A DNA stretch of 64,000 nucleotides from a virus, in IMG/VR virus record IMGVR_UViG_3300048573_000442, one strand, 5' to 3'. A program made the position numbers and the translations under genes. This document shows positions 37,302-47,373 of the stretch, piece by piece. The stretch's first letter is position 1; the number at the start of each line of letters is the position of its first letter. The notes below the pieces were generated by a model. The model saw only the letters and a list, made by a program, of their open reading frames with translations. It had not been told where the DNA came from and did not search any database.

Positions 37302-37937
37302 TCATAATGTTTTATGACCTTTAAGGATGTTTTCTTCCCATTTCAGCATTTGTAAGTTCGAAATATCTGAAGCTTGTTCTACCGACCATCCACGTTTAAA
37401 ACATTCCATGATAGACACTTTATGATCGAGATGGTATGCGCCTACTTCACCAGCCAAACCCCTTTGATGCCCATCAGGATTTAGAATTTCTATTTTGTCC
37501 TGGTAAATTTTGTTAGATTGGGATCTAACTTTTTGCTTATAGCTATAATAGGCAGCTTCGTCATAATCTATGCCATGCTTATCTTCATATGCTTTCAATG
37601 CGGTAGCCATACGATTTTTAGGCCCACAAGTTCCACAAGGAAGTTGTTCATAGCCAGATTGCTCATTTTTCTTAATACCAGTCAATAGGTTGCCAAAGAC
37701 TGTGGGCCATTCTTTTCCGCAACATGGCGCAATCAACCGATAAACGCGCTTATTATGCTTATTGACTTCTGGTTCGCCGACTACTTTATAGCCATAGTCT
37801 TCAATGATTCCCTTTTCAACAGTGACGCGATCGTCCTTCTTGTTTTTAGCGCAACACGAAATGCATGTATCAGATCGACTAGCTGTTAATAACACTTCTC
37901 CACAAGCAACGCATTCTCTTTCTTTCCACTTTGCCAC
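37302..37937 (-). CDS. HNH endonuclease
   Basis: CxxC zinc pairs; YHLDHKVSI...SNLQML...EN..KG. Confidence 0.75.
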   Translation of the reverse strand: MAKWKERECVACGEVLLTASRSDTCISCCAKNKKDDRVTVEKGIIEDYGYKVVGEPEVNKHNKRVYRLIAPCCGKEWPTVFGNLLTGIKKNEQSGYEQLPCGTCGPKNRMATALKAYEDKHGIDYDEAAYYSYKQKVRSQSNKIYQDKIEILNPDGHQRGLAGEVGAYHLDHKVSIMECFKRGWSVEQASDISNLQMLKWEENILKGHKTL

Positions 37938-38014
37938 AAAAATCTCCTTGTCAGTTAATTGAGATTTAATTGTAACTCTTAGGCTGATTGCTCAAAATCT
38001 TTTTTCGAGAAAAT

Positions 38015-38040
38015 AAAAAAGGGGCCGAAGCCCCTTTTTA
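38015..38040 (-). terminator. terminator after major capsid gene
   Basis: Minus strand aaaaaggggc-TTCG-gcccc-TTTTTT, cUUCGg tetraloop. Confidence 0.85.
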
Positions 38041-38058
38041 TTTGGAAATCTGATTCGA

Positions 38059-39303
38059 TTAAACGAAAGACAGATTGGCTACGGAGATGCGCCCGTAATA
38101 GTCCGCAGAGTTCCCTAGTGAAGTTGCAGTAGATGTGAAAGTCGCTTTTCCGTAGCGGGTCATCAATGACACGTGAGGATTGAAGGTATCAGCGTTCACA
38201 ACCACACCAGATGAAACCAGAGGAACATATGGGCAATAGAAGTAACCGCTATCCATTTCACCGGTGCCACCTTTGTAACCCATCAGGATTGGCTCAGTGC
38301 CTTGATCGTGATAGATGTAGGTATACACTTTGATTGAACCGTTTAGGGTACCAACCAACTTGGTGTTATTAGGACCTTCGAAAGAACCAGAAACAGCAGG
38401 TGCGAATACTGATTTAGCAGCACTTTGCAGTACTGATACGACCAGAGGAGACACAACGATAAAGTTTGCTGGGCCCTTACGGGTTTTACGAGCGATTTCG
38501 TTAGCTACCTTGTTGATTAGCACGCCGAGAACAGCATGACGATCGCCAACATAGTTAGGCACGCCAGTCATAGGACCAGCCATATCGAATGATTCGGTAG
38601 TACCGGCCAAAGCGATCAGGTCGTTAATGATTTCGTTGTCGATTTCAGAAACGATGGCGGCTGACAGAGAAGCGGTGATTTCTGATTCCAGATCCAAACC
38701 GTGTGAAGCCTTCAAATCTTGCATAGCTTCTGGGGTCCAGCGAGCTTGCAGTTTACGTGAACCGGCAGTCACAGTCTGCTTCAACACTTCAAGAGTCATA
38801 CCGCGACCGCCGAATGCTTCCAGGTTGCCGGTCAAGCCGCTTGAACCGTTAGAAGTACCAACGCCAGATGGGAATGCACCTGAAGATACAGAAGCGTCTA
38901 CTGAAGAGTAGAAACGACGCAGTTTAGCGTCTACGTGGCCAAATACTTCGTCACCAGCGGTGATGTCGTCATTTGGGTTTGACAGGGTACCAGCAGCAGC
39001 TGTAGCGTTCACTGATTCAGAGAACAGGAAGCGCATTGAGTATACCAGGCCAACAGGACCGCTCATTGGCTGGGTGCCAACAATTTCGGTAGCCATGGTA
39101 CCAGGGATAATACGACGCAGCATAGGAATGACAATCTTCTGGAAGTTGCCGATGGTGCCAGCTGAATTAACGCCTGCGCCAGCAGTTTCGCGAAGATGCT
39201 GCATTTGGTTTTCTAACACGGGAGCCAGAATTGCCTTCTTGCGCTCGCTCAGACCATCTAAGAGGGTCTCTTTACTTTCTTGCCAATTTTCAAATAGTTC
39301 CAT
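38059..39303 (-). CDS. gp23: major capsid protein
   Basis: QPMSGPVGL, RKLQARWT.E..QDL.A.HGLD.E, EID.EI, GYKG....DSG.FYCPYVP, MTRYG. Confidence 0.97.
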   Translation of the reverse strand: MELFENWQESKETLLDGLSERKKAILAPVLENQMQHLRETAGAGVNSAGTIGNFQKIVIPMLRRIIPGTMATEIVGTQPMSGPVGLVYSMRFLFSESVNATAAAGTLSNPNDDITAGDEVFGHVDAKLRRFYSSVDASVSSGAFPSGVGTSNGSSGLTGNLEAFGGRGMTLEVLKQTVTAGSRKLQARWTPEAMQDLKASHGLDLESEITASLSAAIVSEIDNEIINDLIALAGTTESFDMAGPMTGVPNYVGDRHAVLGVLINKVANEIARKTRKGPANFIVVSPLVVSVLQSAAKSVFAPAVSGSFEGPNNTKLVGTLNGSIKVYTYIYHDQGTEPILMGYKGGTGEMDSGYFYCPYVPLVSSGVVVNADTFNPHVSLMTRYGKATFTSTATSLGNSADYYGRISVANLSFV

Positions 39304-39321
39304 TTGTTTCTCCTTGTGGAC

Positions 39322-40224
39322 TTAGCGGGACGGCATACCGGCAAGCTTACGCAGATGAGCTAATTGATCATCCTTGGCTGCTGGTGCTTGTTTTGCCTTA
39401 TAACCGGCATCATCGCCAGTGTATAGGACTGCTTTTGACTCTTTTAGGGGAGCCATAACAGATTTTCTTCCAGATGCGACATCAGAGGAATCTTCTTCCT
39501 TCAGAATGCGACCAATGAAGTTTGTGTATGCTTCTTCGAGGCGTTCGGTATCAACGTTCTGAAGCACGAATGCCATCTGTTCACGTTTGCGACCGTTCAA
39601 AGGAGCAAGAATTTTTTCCATTTTTGCTTCACGTACGACTGCAGCTTTGGACTCTTCCAATGCGCCGATGGTCTTTTCAGCATCTTTGAGTTTTGCAATA
39701 GCAGCGCTCAGTTTAGCCTGTGCTGAATTTTCGTCGTGATGTGACTTACCGAATTCATTAGCAAATGCTTCGAAAATCTTGCGACCGAATTCATTCTGCT
39801 TAACAACTTCCATGTCTTCACGAAGTTCTTGGAATTCTTCTGCTAGACGCATTTCAAAGAATGCATCCATTTTGTCAATCAACTCGTCGAGTTCAGAAGA
39901 CAATTGTTCGGCCATAACATGCTTTTCTTCAACCACTTTTTTGGCAAATTCTGCCTCAAGGTCGCGAAAGCGTTCAATGTCGCCTTTTAGTTCTTCAACT
40001 TCTTCAATTAATTTTGAAGTAACAAATGAATCGATCTGTTCGGCTAGAGCAGCTTTTTCACTTGTCCACATCTCGGCTAATTCGGTTCTGACTTCACCAG
40101 AAACTTCTTCTTTGATCGTCTGCTTGTATTGGTTAACAGCGTCTGACCACTTTGAAGAAATTTCAGTCTTAGCATCTTCGCTAAGCAGTTCAGAACTTAG
40201 CAATTTCTGAAGGATTTCATCCAT
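39322..40224 (-). CDS. gp22: prohead core scaffolding protein
   Basis: Acidic coiled coil upstream of gp23; start moved to MDEIL with AGGAGA SD; FGRKIFEAF; TATAAATA at 40304-40311. Confidence 0.85.
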   Translation of the reverse strand: MDEILQKLLSSELLSEDAKTEISSKWSDAVNQYKQTIKEEVSGEVRTELAEMWTSEKAALAEQIDSFVTSKLIEEVEELKGDIERFRDLEAEFAKKVVEEKHVMAEQLSSELDELIDKMDAFFEMRLAEEFQELREDMEVVKQNEFGRKIFEAFANEFGKSHHDENSAQAKLSAAIAKLKDAEKTIGALEESKAAVVREAKMEKILAPLNGRKREQMAFVLQNVDTERLEEAYTNFIGRILKEEDSSDVASGRKSVMAPLKESKAVLYTGDDAGYKAKQAPAAKDDQLAHLRKLAGMPSR

Positions 40225-40353
40225 GCGGTTCTCCTTTTTCTTTAAAATTTTTGACTTCTTACTGATGAATTTTCTTTTCAAGATATCAGTATCTCTCGAA
40301 AAGTATTTATAAAGACTGTCGCAAATTTTAAAAAATTATGACAGTCTTATGAA

Positions 40354-40776
40354 TTAACGGTAATCTTCGTCGTCTTCTTGATCGTCACCATCATGAGAAG
40401 GCGCTAATTGGGCTGCCAAGCTTTCTTGCCATTCAGAATTGCGCTGGGTTTGAATCCACTCAACCATTGCTTGAATAGCACCAGAATTATCGGCTAGAAA
40501 TTCTCGAATATCACGATAGTTGGAATCAAGGGTGCTGACAAGTTTTTCAAAATTACGAACGCCACGTTCGCCCTCAAGACTATACACTTCTTCTTGGTCC
40601 ATGAACTCATCAACCAACTCGCCCATATCTTTATCATCATGGCCGCCAAAGTTCTCTTTAATACCAGCAACTTGTTGCATTTTAGCAGTCAGGTAATCAT
40701 GAAGAGCCGTTGAGGCCTGCTCCTGTTTGTCATTGATTAAGCTATCGATGACTTTTGAAAGTTGTTCTTTACTCAT
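40354..40776 (-). CDS. prohead core protein-like (gp67/68 position)
   Basis: Acidic; located between protease and scaffold; promoter at 40828-40835. Confidence 0.5.
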   Translation of the reverse strand: MSKEQLSKVIDSLINDKQEQASTALHDYLTAKMQQVAGIKENFGGHDDKDMGELVDEFMDQEEVYSLEGERGVRNFEKLVSTLDSNYRDIREFLADNSGAIQAMVEWIQTQRNSEWQESLAAQLAPSHDGDDQEDDEDYR

Positions 40777-40874
40777 ATAGTTTCTCCTTAGGGGTAAGAT
40801 TAAGATGCTTTTTGCATCAGCTCGCAGTATTTATGTCTACTGTCAATCTGTGCACGGCTGGTATTGATAAAACA

Positions 40875-41432
40875 TTACCGTCTCGGTGTGTACAAATCCT
40901 TTGGTTTCTTGGTAACAGCAGCCTTTAAATCCACTTGATAATAACTTTCTTCTCCAGTATGGAGATTTTTAAAACTTACTATACCAGGAAGGGTTTGATC
41001 GGGGTGTTTTGCGTTTACCATGTGAAACGAATATTTGTTATGCGCAGATTGTAGGAATTTCTGTAAATGATTTCCCTTAACACTGTATCTAGCTGAGGTT
41101 CCAGAAGTATTAACTACTTTATGAACTGCAGTTGATGTAATGGCATCAAGCAGTTTAGCGTATTTTTCTGAAGAAATTTCTTTTGCGGCACCAGAAGCGT
41201 CTAGTGGAATATTCCAATCTGCTGTTGGCAACATTTTCAGAATAGCTTCACGATCTTCAGCGGCCAATCTTTTAAGAGCTCGATTTTTAGCCTCAATAAC
41301 CTCGGGCTGATTATCAATGTCTATCTTGGCAGACTCGGTCATTAAAACAGCTTGACTTTCGCCATCATAGTTGCCAGCTGCTTCCATAATTGGGGGAAGA
41401 CCAGCAAGCTTGCGTAATTGGTTTTTATCCAT
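40875..41432 (-). CDS. hypothetical head-associated protein with N-terminal LRKLAG motif
   Basis: MDKNQLRKLAGLPPIME; located in the head operon. Confidence 0.6.
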   Translation of the reverse strand: MDKNQLRKLAGLPPIMEAAGNYDGESQAVLMTESAKIDIDNQPEVIEAKNRALKRLAAEDREAILKMLPTADWNIPLDASGAAKEISSEKYAKLLDAITSTAVHKVVNTSGTSARYSVKGNHLQKFLQSAHNKYSFHMVNAKHPDQTLPGIVSFKNLHTGEESYYQVDLKAAVTKKPKDLYTPRR

Positions 41433-41444
41433 TTTCGTTCTGCC

Positions 41445-42059
41445 TCATTTGTAAGAAAGTAAAGAATTCAAGAAATTTTGAATTTCGGTTTTAAGGTATT
41501 TTTGAGCCTTAGGATCATGAGCAACAGCTTCTGCCAAACTCATGATTTTAGGGTTTTCAACTGATTCGCGGACAACGTCGGGATAACAACCAGGGCCAGA
41601 TGGCGTTGCAACAACGTCGACTGTCAGAAATGAGAAATCTTCTACGATACCTTCGCTTGTTACATTACCTGTTCCACGACTTGAAACTCCGAGTTTAACT
41701 CCTCCTTCAATCAAGCTCTTAACGATTAAACCGGATGGAGTATCCAAAATTTTGCATTTGCCGACGGCATTATTTCCGTCCATCCAAGCTTCAGTAATAA
41801 TGTGAGAAACGTTTTTCAAATCAATTGACAAACCATCAGGGTGGTTTAATTCGCCCATGACGTAAGTGCCTTCTTTGATACCGGCATTAATCACGCTAAC
41901 GGCTCGTTCAATTTGTGCTTTTGGATAGACTCGTTGATTAAGATTTCGCTGTTCGGCAGCCATCATGCGGCCAACAAGAAATAGATTCCTTGCTTGATCG
42001 CGTGATTCAAGAAGTTGTGCCTGTGATGGAGCCAAATGCTCGATAAGAAGTTGGTTCAT
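41445..42059 (-). CDS. gp21: prohead protease
   Basis: N.N.RVYP, GELNHP, VSH.I, ILDTP.G.IV, LGVSSRG.G, VATPS; TATAAATA at 42090-42097. Confidence 0.95.
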   Translation of the reverse strand: MNQLLIEHLAPSQAQLLESRDQARNLFLVGRMMAAEQRNLNQRVYPKAQIERAVSVINAGIKEGTYVMGELNHPDGLSIDLKNVSHIITEAWMDGNNAVGKCKILDTPSGLIVKSLIEGGVKLGVSSRGTGNVTSEGIVEDFSFLTVDVVATPSGPGCYPDVVRESVENPKIMSLAEAVAHDPKAQKYLKTEIQNFLNSLLSYK

Positions 42060-42123
42060 GTGTTCACCTCGCTTTTACATGTAATTACGTATTTATAATG
42101 TCAATGTAAAAGCGAGGGTATTT

Positions 42124-44331
42124 TCAACGCGGTGCTGTTTCTTCTGGCGCTGGAGCTGAAACAGGTTCGGCTATAGGGGCTTCTGCTGGAGCGCTTTCTG
42201 GCTGTTCTGGTTGAGAGGCTTCTTCTGGCTCTGGCGGTGAGAATTCTTGTCTAGCAGTTTCGTCGTAAATCATTCGCAGATCAATATCATCGTCATCTGT
42301 CTCTTCAATGTTGAGTTCCTGTTTAAGCAGGGTTTCGTTCAGTTTGATATCATCTTCAGTCAATCCCAAATATCGTTTCATTGCAAACCGCTTAGAGATA
42401 AATTTAGTTGGCTCGATTGCGTTAAAACTGTTTATTAAATCTGCATCTAGCGCTGCTTGACGGTACAATGCAAAGTTTTGAGGCTCTGGTAATCTAAGCT
42501 GAAACAACTCTGAATCGACATTGATGCCTGTGACCTTAAGATATGTTTTAAACTGTTCGTCTAAAACATCTTCGATTTGCGCTTGTAGGCGAATGATGTA
42601 ATTGGCAAACCTAAGTTCTTCAATATAAGCAATGCCAACTTTGCCATCAGTAAATTGCGCTCCCTGTGCATCAGGACCCTTCATATAAGACGTAGGAACC
42701 CTTAGCGCGCGGAACACTTTGTTTAGAAAGTAATCAAGCTCTGGAATTTCCCATGCTTGGCCGCCAGGTAAAGTTTCTACACGTGACCCTCGGCCTGCGG
42801 CAGTAACAGGAAAGAAATAGTCCTCGCTGATCGAGTTTTTAGTATAAACTCCTGCGTCCAATGCAAATGTGTGGAAGTCGTGGAATTTTTCACTTCCGTC
42901 AATGGTCAATGTTCCAACGTCTGCATCTTCTACGAATTCGACTGACACTATTTTACAATCTTTAAGTTTCTCTTCAGGCGTTCCAGTATCTTTAGATGGA
43001 GCTAAATCAATTTCAATTTCGTGTTCCTTCTTAAAGTCGTTAACGACTTTACCTAATAGCACGAATTCAGCCAAAGATGTGTCAAAAATCAATTCTTCTG
43101 TTTCTTCAGCCTTTCGCAAGAATGGGAAAAAGCTATCATTTTTTGAAATATGTTGGGCCTCAATAAACCCCTTGCCCTGAATTGGGAATTTATGATCTGG
43201 GGTGCAGATAATATTTTTCCCATTGTCAAGCGTGAGTTTGATGCGCTTAGTATTTTTGCGAGTAACACCAGCCCAAGTAATTAAACCTGGCGCGAATTTA
43301 CCAGTGATGGGATCAATGGAATATGCCCAATTTGTTTTACCTTGTGTGTGCTCAGTAATAATTTCCTGAAGCTCAAGAGTTCTTCCATCCAGAAGGGGAA
43401 TTTTCGTGTCTAATGCTAGACATTCCGGATTATATGAAGAATCTGTTTGATTGGCATTAGATGCACTCGGCACCCGTTTTTGCCTAATGTCGTTTTTAAT
43501 TTGCTCTAGATACTGCTTAACCTTATTAGGCATCATGTTGCCGACATCGATATAAAACACTCTTCGCTCAGGTGCACGAACTACTCGATAGATAATTGCT
43601 GCATCTTCAAGCATAATCAATTTTTGCCAATCGCGATAGGCAGATTGCAGAATTGACAGTCCAAATGGGGCAGATTCGCCCATGTCGTCTGATAAAGAGA
43701 AATGCAGAATGGCCGCTGCAGGACTAATTTCTATTGACTCTGAACTTTGAAAAGTCGAATTAGACATGCGCTGTGTCTGGAAGAACGTAGACGGCCGTAT
43801 GTGATATGCCATCTTGTTACCGCTTTCATCCAATTCGATGCCAACAACTCGAGTAGGATGAACAAACTCCCATGGAGCGGTATCTGAGGTTTTTCTAAAA
43901 AAGCAATCCCCATACTTAATCATGCAACGAGCAATGCTAAAATTCTTTTTTGTGAGGCCGTGAAATTTGCTCCAATGTCTAAGAGATGCCCGAATAGTCG
44001 TCGTCAACCCGTCGCTTAGTTGTTGATTTTCTTCAGTTTGATAATCTATCGTAAATGGTAAACTAGTTCGCTTATCCATATTCGAAATTTCTTCTGCTAT
44101 AGTATCAAGCGCACGAGTAATATCCCCAATGTCCATTGCGTCGTATTGCTTATATCGAGCCAGTCTTGATGAGGACCCGCGTAATAAATTAGCAAACCAA
44201 GACACTGACGAATGAGTTGCATAGCCAGCAGAATTAGTATCAACCCCATCGCCAATTGTGCTCTGGTGACTGTAGCTATCTTTACGAGATGGAGGAGTTA
44301 CGATTCTGAAATAATTTGTCCATTGTGACAT
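42124..44331 (-). CDS. gp20: portal protein with intein
   Basis: LED...IYR..RAPERRVFYIDVGNM, EDYF, VETLPGG, YF..K..RAL.VP.S, EE.RF..YI.RLQ. Confidence 0.95.
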   Translation of the reverse strand: MSQWTNYFRIVTPPSRKDSYSHQSTIGDGVDTNSAGYATHSSVSWFANLLRGSSSRLARYKQYDAMDIGDITRALDTIAEEISNMDKRTSLPFTIDYQTEENQQLSDGLTTTIRASLRHWSKFHGLTKKNFSIARCMIKYGDCFFRKTSDTAPWEFVHPTRVVGIELDESGNKMAYHIRPSTFFQTQRMSNSTFQSSESIEISPAAAILHFSLSDDMGESAPFGLSILQSAYRDWQKLIMLEDAAIIYRVVRAPERRVFYIDVGNMMPNKVKQYLEQIKNDIRQKRVPSASNANQTDSSYNPECLALDTKIPLLDGRTLELQEIITEHTQGKTNWAYSIDPITGKFAPGLITWAGVTRKNTKRIKLTLDNGKNIICTPDHKFPIQGKGFIEAQHISKNDSFFPFLRKAEETEELIFDTSLAEFVLLGKVVNDFKKEHEIEIDLAPSKDTGTPEEKLKDCKIVSVEFVEDADVGTLTIDGSEKFHDFHTFALDAGVYTKNSISEDYFFPVTAAGRGSRVETLPGGQAWEIPELDYFLNKVFRALRVPTSYMKGPDAQGAQFTDGKVGIAYIEELRFANYIIRLQAQIEDVLDEQFKTYLKVTGINVDSELFQLRLPEPQNFALYRQAALDADLINSFNAIEPTKFISKRFAMKRYLGLTEDDIKLNETLLKQELNIEETDDDDIDLRMIYDETARQEFSPPEPEEASQPEQPESAPAEAPIAEPVSAPAPEETAPR
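42835..43422 (-). mobile_element. mini-intein (196 aa) in portal
   Basis: Begins CLALDTKIPLLDG; CTPDHKF block B; DVGTLTIDG..FHTFALDAGVYTKN end with +1 Ser; no LAGLIDADG motifs seen. Confidence 0.88.
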
Positions 44332-44343
44332 GTTTGGTACCTA

Positions 44344-47268
44344 TTAAAAAGCGTCTACTGCTTGTGGGGTGTTTCTACGCCCGAACATTGGCTCGGAAAT
44401 TTTAAACGTTGGCGTATTTTGGGGGGCGATAATAGCCAATAATCTAACAGCTTCATTTAGAACCTGTGTTATTTGGACTAATTGGTTTTGAGCGGCAACA
44501 TCAGAAACTTGAATGATTCCTGATGCTGATCGTGAACTATTTATCAGTTCTGACGAAGCTGCTTCCCGTTCTGGCGGGGAAATAGAAGATTTTGACGTTG
44601 ATGAAGGGCTCGCGTTATAAACATCGTAAACGCCTGTTGCGAGCCCGCTTGCTGCTTTTGTCGTCTTGGTGCCAAAGTCCGCGGCTTCGTCGCCGCCATT
44701 GAACAGATCGTAAATCCAGCCACCCAGGGTGGTCTGACTGCCCGTCAGTGTACTGGTCAGCTTGTTGATGGGCTCGACCAGCAGCGTGCCGACTCCGTAC
44801 ATAGCAACGCCAACGCCTGCGACAAGGCCAGCAGAACCAAGCGCTGCACCGCCTCTTAGCATTGTTGCGCCCAATGGCAATAATGCTTTGCCCAACCCGG
44901 ATACCAACGATCCTGCGCCAGCGCCTCCAAGCGCAAGTAATGATTTTGCAGCTAGCCCACTTGAAAATGCGAGGCCAGTGATTGCGGCTGCTCCAGCTAA
45001 AGCAGCAACTGTTAGGGAATTAGTTGCAATAGAAACTGCAGTTTCCCTAATTTCAGTAAGGTGCATAATCGTATTATCAGGTTTGGCAGCCTCTTGTGAC
45101 CTAGCTCGCGCTTCTTCACTGGTCCCGATTTTTGCCCGCTCCTTAATTGCCATTTGCGAGTACATATCTAGCTGATTCTCAATGTCTGCTCCAGGAGAAG
45201 TAGCTTCAAGCATAAAATCGCGAATCGTCCCCTGTTGGAGGCCTACGGCCTCTGTTTCATATGTTCCCCTTCTTGCAGCAACGCGTTCTAAAAGTTTCTG
45301 ATATTCTTCAGTTTCGCTACCTTTACCGGTAGTCTTCCTCATACCTTTTACAGATAAATGATATGCGCGCATTTGTTCCTCTGCGCTGAAACCAAGTGCT
45401 CCCATTTGAACCATTAGTTTCGCACCACCTTCAAATCGTTCACGGACCTTTGCGCGTTTTGCAGCTTCTTGTATCTTTATTGCGTCCTGCGCCTGCTGAA
45501 TGCTTAAGCCCCGAACATGTAGTTCGTTTCGCTGGGATTCCAAATTATCGCTGTATGCTTGAGACTGTGCAGCAGTCATGCCAAGCATGGTCTTCATGAC
45601 ATCTTCGCCGCCAAATAATTCGCTATTCAGGCTAGCATATTCAGCAGCGTTTATGTTTATAGTTCCCGATAGCTTATTAAAGGACTCCATCGTCTTTCGC
45701 ATATACCCGTTTAATGCATTTTCGTTAGACGTATCAACTCCGCTTGAGATTGCCGCTTCAGTTGCGGGAGCTATTATTGCAGCCGCCTGTTTAAATGAGT
45801 ATCCGAACTCGTTAAAAGTGTTTTCAAAACCACTGCGAAGCGAGCCAAATGCGCTTGCACCATAATTTGCCATTACCCTTTTGTTATCCAGCATGAACTT
45901 TGTAGTTTCATCAAAGCTCATTCCCATTGCAATCGACTTTTGCTGAACATCAAGATACGATGTTGCTATGCTAGCTACGTTGAAGTCTGAAGTCTCAGAC
46001 ATAATGGTCAGTAAGGCAGTTGCGGTTTTACTAAGTGCTGCTACTGTTCCGGCGTAGGTAGAAAGTTCGCCGATCTTATTGGTTCCTGCCTCAGCTAGCC
46101 CATCAAGAGAAAACTTACGTTTGATGGCGCCTAATGCAGTGTTCGCATTGACGCCAATCTTATCTAGGCGCTGGGTAGTTTCGGCTGTGGTTTTATAAAA
46201 GGTTTCTAAAACTTCTGCGAGACGACTAAGTTCTTTATTAACTGTTATTTTCGCTTCTTCATCTTTGGGATCGACATTGCCGAAATCCCCGCTTTGCATG
46301 CGTGAAAGAATCTCTGTAACATCTGAAGGAAGTTTGACCTTTAGGGATTTTAGTTGTTCGAATGCAGCCGCCATAGATGCTTGCATTTCTTCGCCTTGTC
46401 CAGGAACGGCGTTGCTTGCGTTGGCATCGTTATACGTTTTTAGAATACCTTCAGACAGCATCTCCTCGACAGACTTTCCACTCATACTCGAGAAATCTTT
46501 AAATGCTTCTCCGAGTGCAACGTTTGCCTCGCCCATCCTTATTCGGAGTTGGGAAAAGTCATCCGGCATCAAGTTGTTATTAAACTCGTTTGCCGCTTCA
46601 TCGATCAAGTTCATTGCGACCAACATGCTTCTTGACATGTCGTTGGCCTTCAAAATCTTTGTCGCATCAGTCAACTGCGAGACATATTTTGCATGATCTG
46701 CAGATGTAGCATCCGAATTAATTTCTGCTGCTCTACTAATAAGAGCTGCATTCATAAGGCTCGAGTTTCTTTGAACTACGCTGAAATTGTTTGATAACCC
46801 GGTTGTTCCCTTAACAAGGTTTTTAAACGCCGCAACCTGTTGCGGAAGCGATAACCTAATGAGTTTTGTATACTCAATCGTGAGTTTGTCTTGGGTTTGC
46901 TTTACCCCCTCGGTAGATTGGGCAAGTTGTTCTTGAGCTTTTTTAACCCGTTCGGCTTTACTTCCGCTAGACGTGCCCCGTGGATCACTTGCTGCAGCAC
47001 CGATTAAATTTCTGAATGCAGCAGTAGACTCCTTTAAAAGGCGGTTTTGCGCAGTCAGGTTTTTTGAATTCAGACGAAGCTGACGTTCATAATCGTCCAT
47101 CGCAGCTTCACCGAAAGCACTCATGTTTGAAGAGCGCGTGGAACGTGAAGAACTTGCTGCTCCGCCACCACTATGAGATGCGCCTGTTACTCGAGCAAGT
47201 GTGTTTACGCTTGAAGTAAGAGCTGTTATAAGCGCGTTTAATTGTGCATCAGAGTATTGTGTTGACAT
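44344..47268 (-). CDS. tape-measure-like protein
   Basis: 974 aa, Ala/Ser-rich and helical, with Gly/Ala-rich hydrophobic segments; divergent from gp26/gp51. Confidence 0.55.
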   Translation of the reverse strand: MSTQYSDAQLNALITALTSSVNTLARVTGASHSGGGAASSSRSTRSSNMSAFGEAAMDDYERQLRLNSKNLTAQNRLLKESTAAFRNLIGAAASDPRGTSSGSKAERVKKAQEQLAQSTEGVKQTQDKLTIEYTKLIRLSLPQQVAAFKNLVKGTTGLSNNFSVVQRNSSLMNAALISRAAEINSDATSADHAKYVSQLTDATKILKANDMSRSMLVAMNLIDEAANEFNNNLMPDDFSQLRIRMGEANVALGEAFKDFSSMSGKSVEEMLSEGILKTYNDANASNAVPGQGEEMQASMAAAFEQLKSLKVKLPSDVTEILSRMQSGDFGNVDPKDEEAKITVNKELSRLAEVLETFYKTTAETTQRLDKIGVNANTALGAIKRKFSLDGLAEAGTNKIGELSTYAGTVAALSKTATALLTIMSETSDFNVASIATSYLDVQQKSIAMGMSFDETTKFMLDNKRVMANYGASAFGSLRSGFENTFNEFGYSFKQAAAIIAPATEAAISSGVDTSNENALNGYMRKTMESFNKLSGTININAAEYASLNSELFGGEDVMKTMLGMTAAQSQAYSDNLESQRNELHVRGLSIQQAQDAIKIQEAAKRAKVRERFEGGAKLMVQMGALGFSAEEQMRAYHLSVKGMRKTTGKGSETEEYQKLLERVAARRGTYETEAVGLQQGTIRDFMLEATSPGADIENQLDMYSQMAIKERAKIGTSEEARARSQEAAKPDNTIMHLTEIRETAVSIATNSLTVAALAGAAAITGLAFSSGLAAKSLLALGGAGAGSLVSGLGKALLPLGATMLRGGAALGSAGLVAGVGVAMYGVGTLLVEPINKLTSTLTGSQTTLGGWIYDLFNGGDEAADFGTKTTKAASGLATGVYDVYNASPSSTSKSSISPPEREAASSELINSSRSASGIIQVSDVAAQNQLVQITQVLNEAVRLLAIIAPQNTPTFKISEPMFGRRNTPQAVDAF

Positions 47269-47291
47269 GGGCTTTTACGCTCTCAGGACTG

Positions 47292-47322
47292 TATAAATAG
47301 AATAGGGCTTAGTCTATTTATT
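47292..47322. promoter_or_regulatory. pair of oppositely oriented late promoters
   Basis: TATAAATA (+) 47292-47299 toward gp26; AATAAATA (-) 47315-47322 toward the tape measure gene. Confidence 0.6.
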
Positions 47323-47373
47323 GCTCAATGTAAAACCCTGAACTAGACCATAATTTATAATATCGGAGAAACA

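Noticed and set aside
44762-46696. + strand ORFs inside the tape-measure-like gene
   Set aside because: Antisense to an Ala/Ser-rich long ORF, a typical shadow pattern
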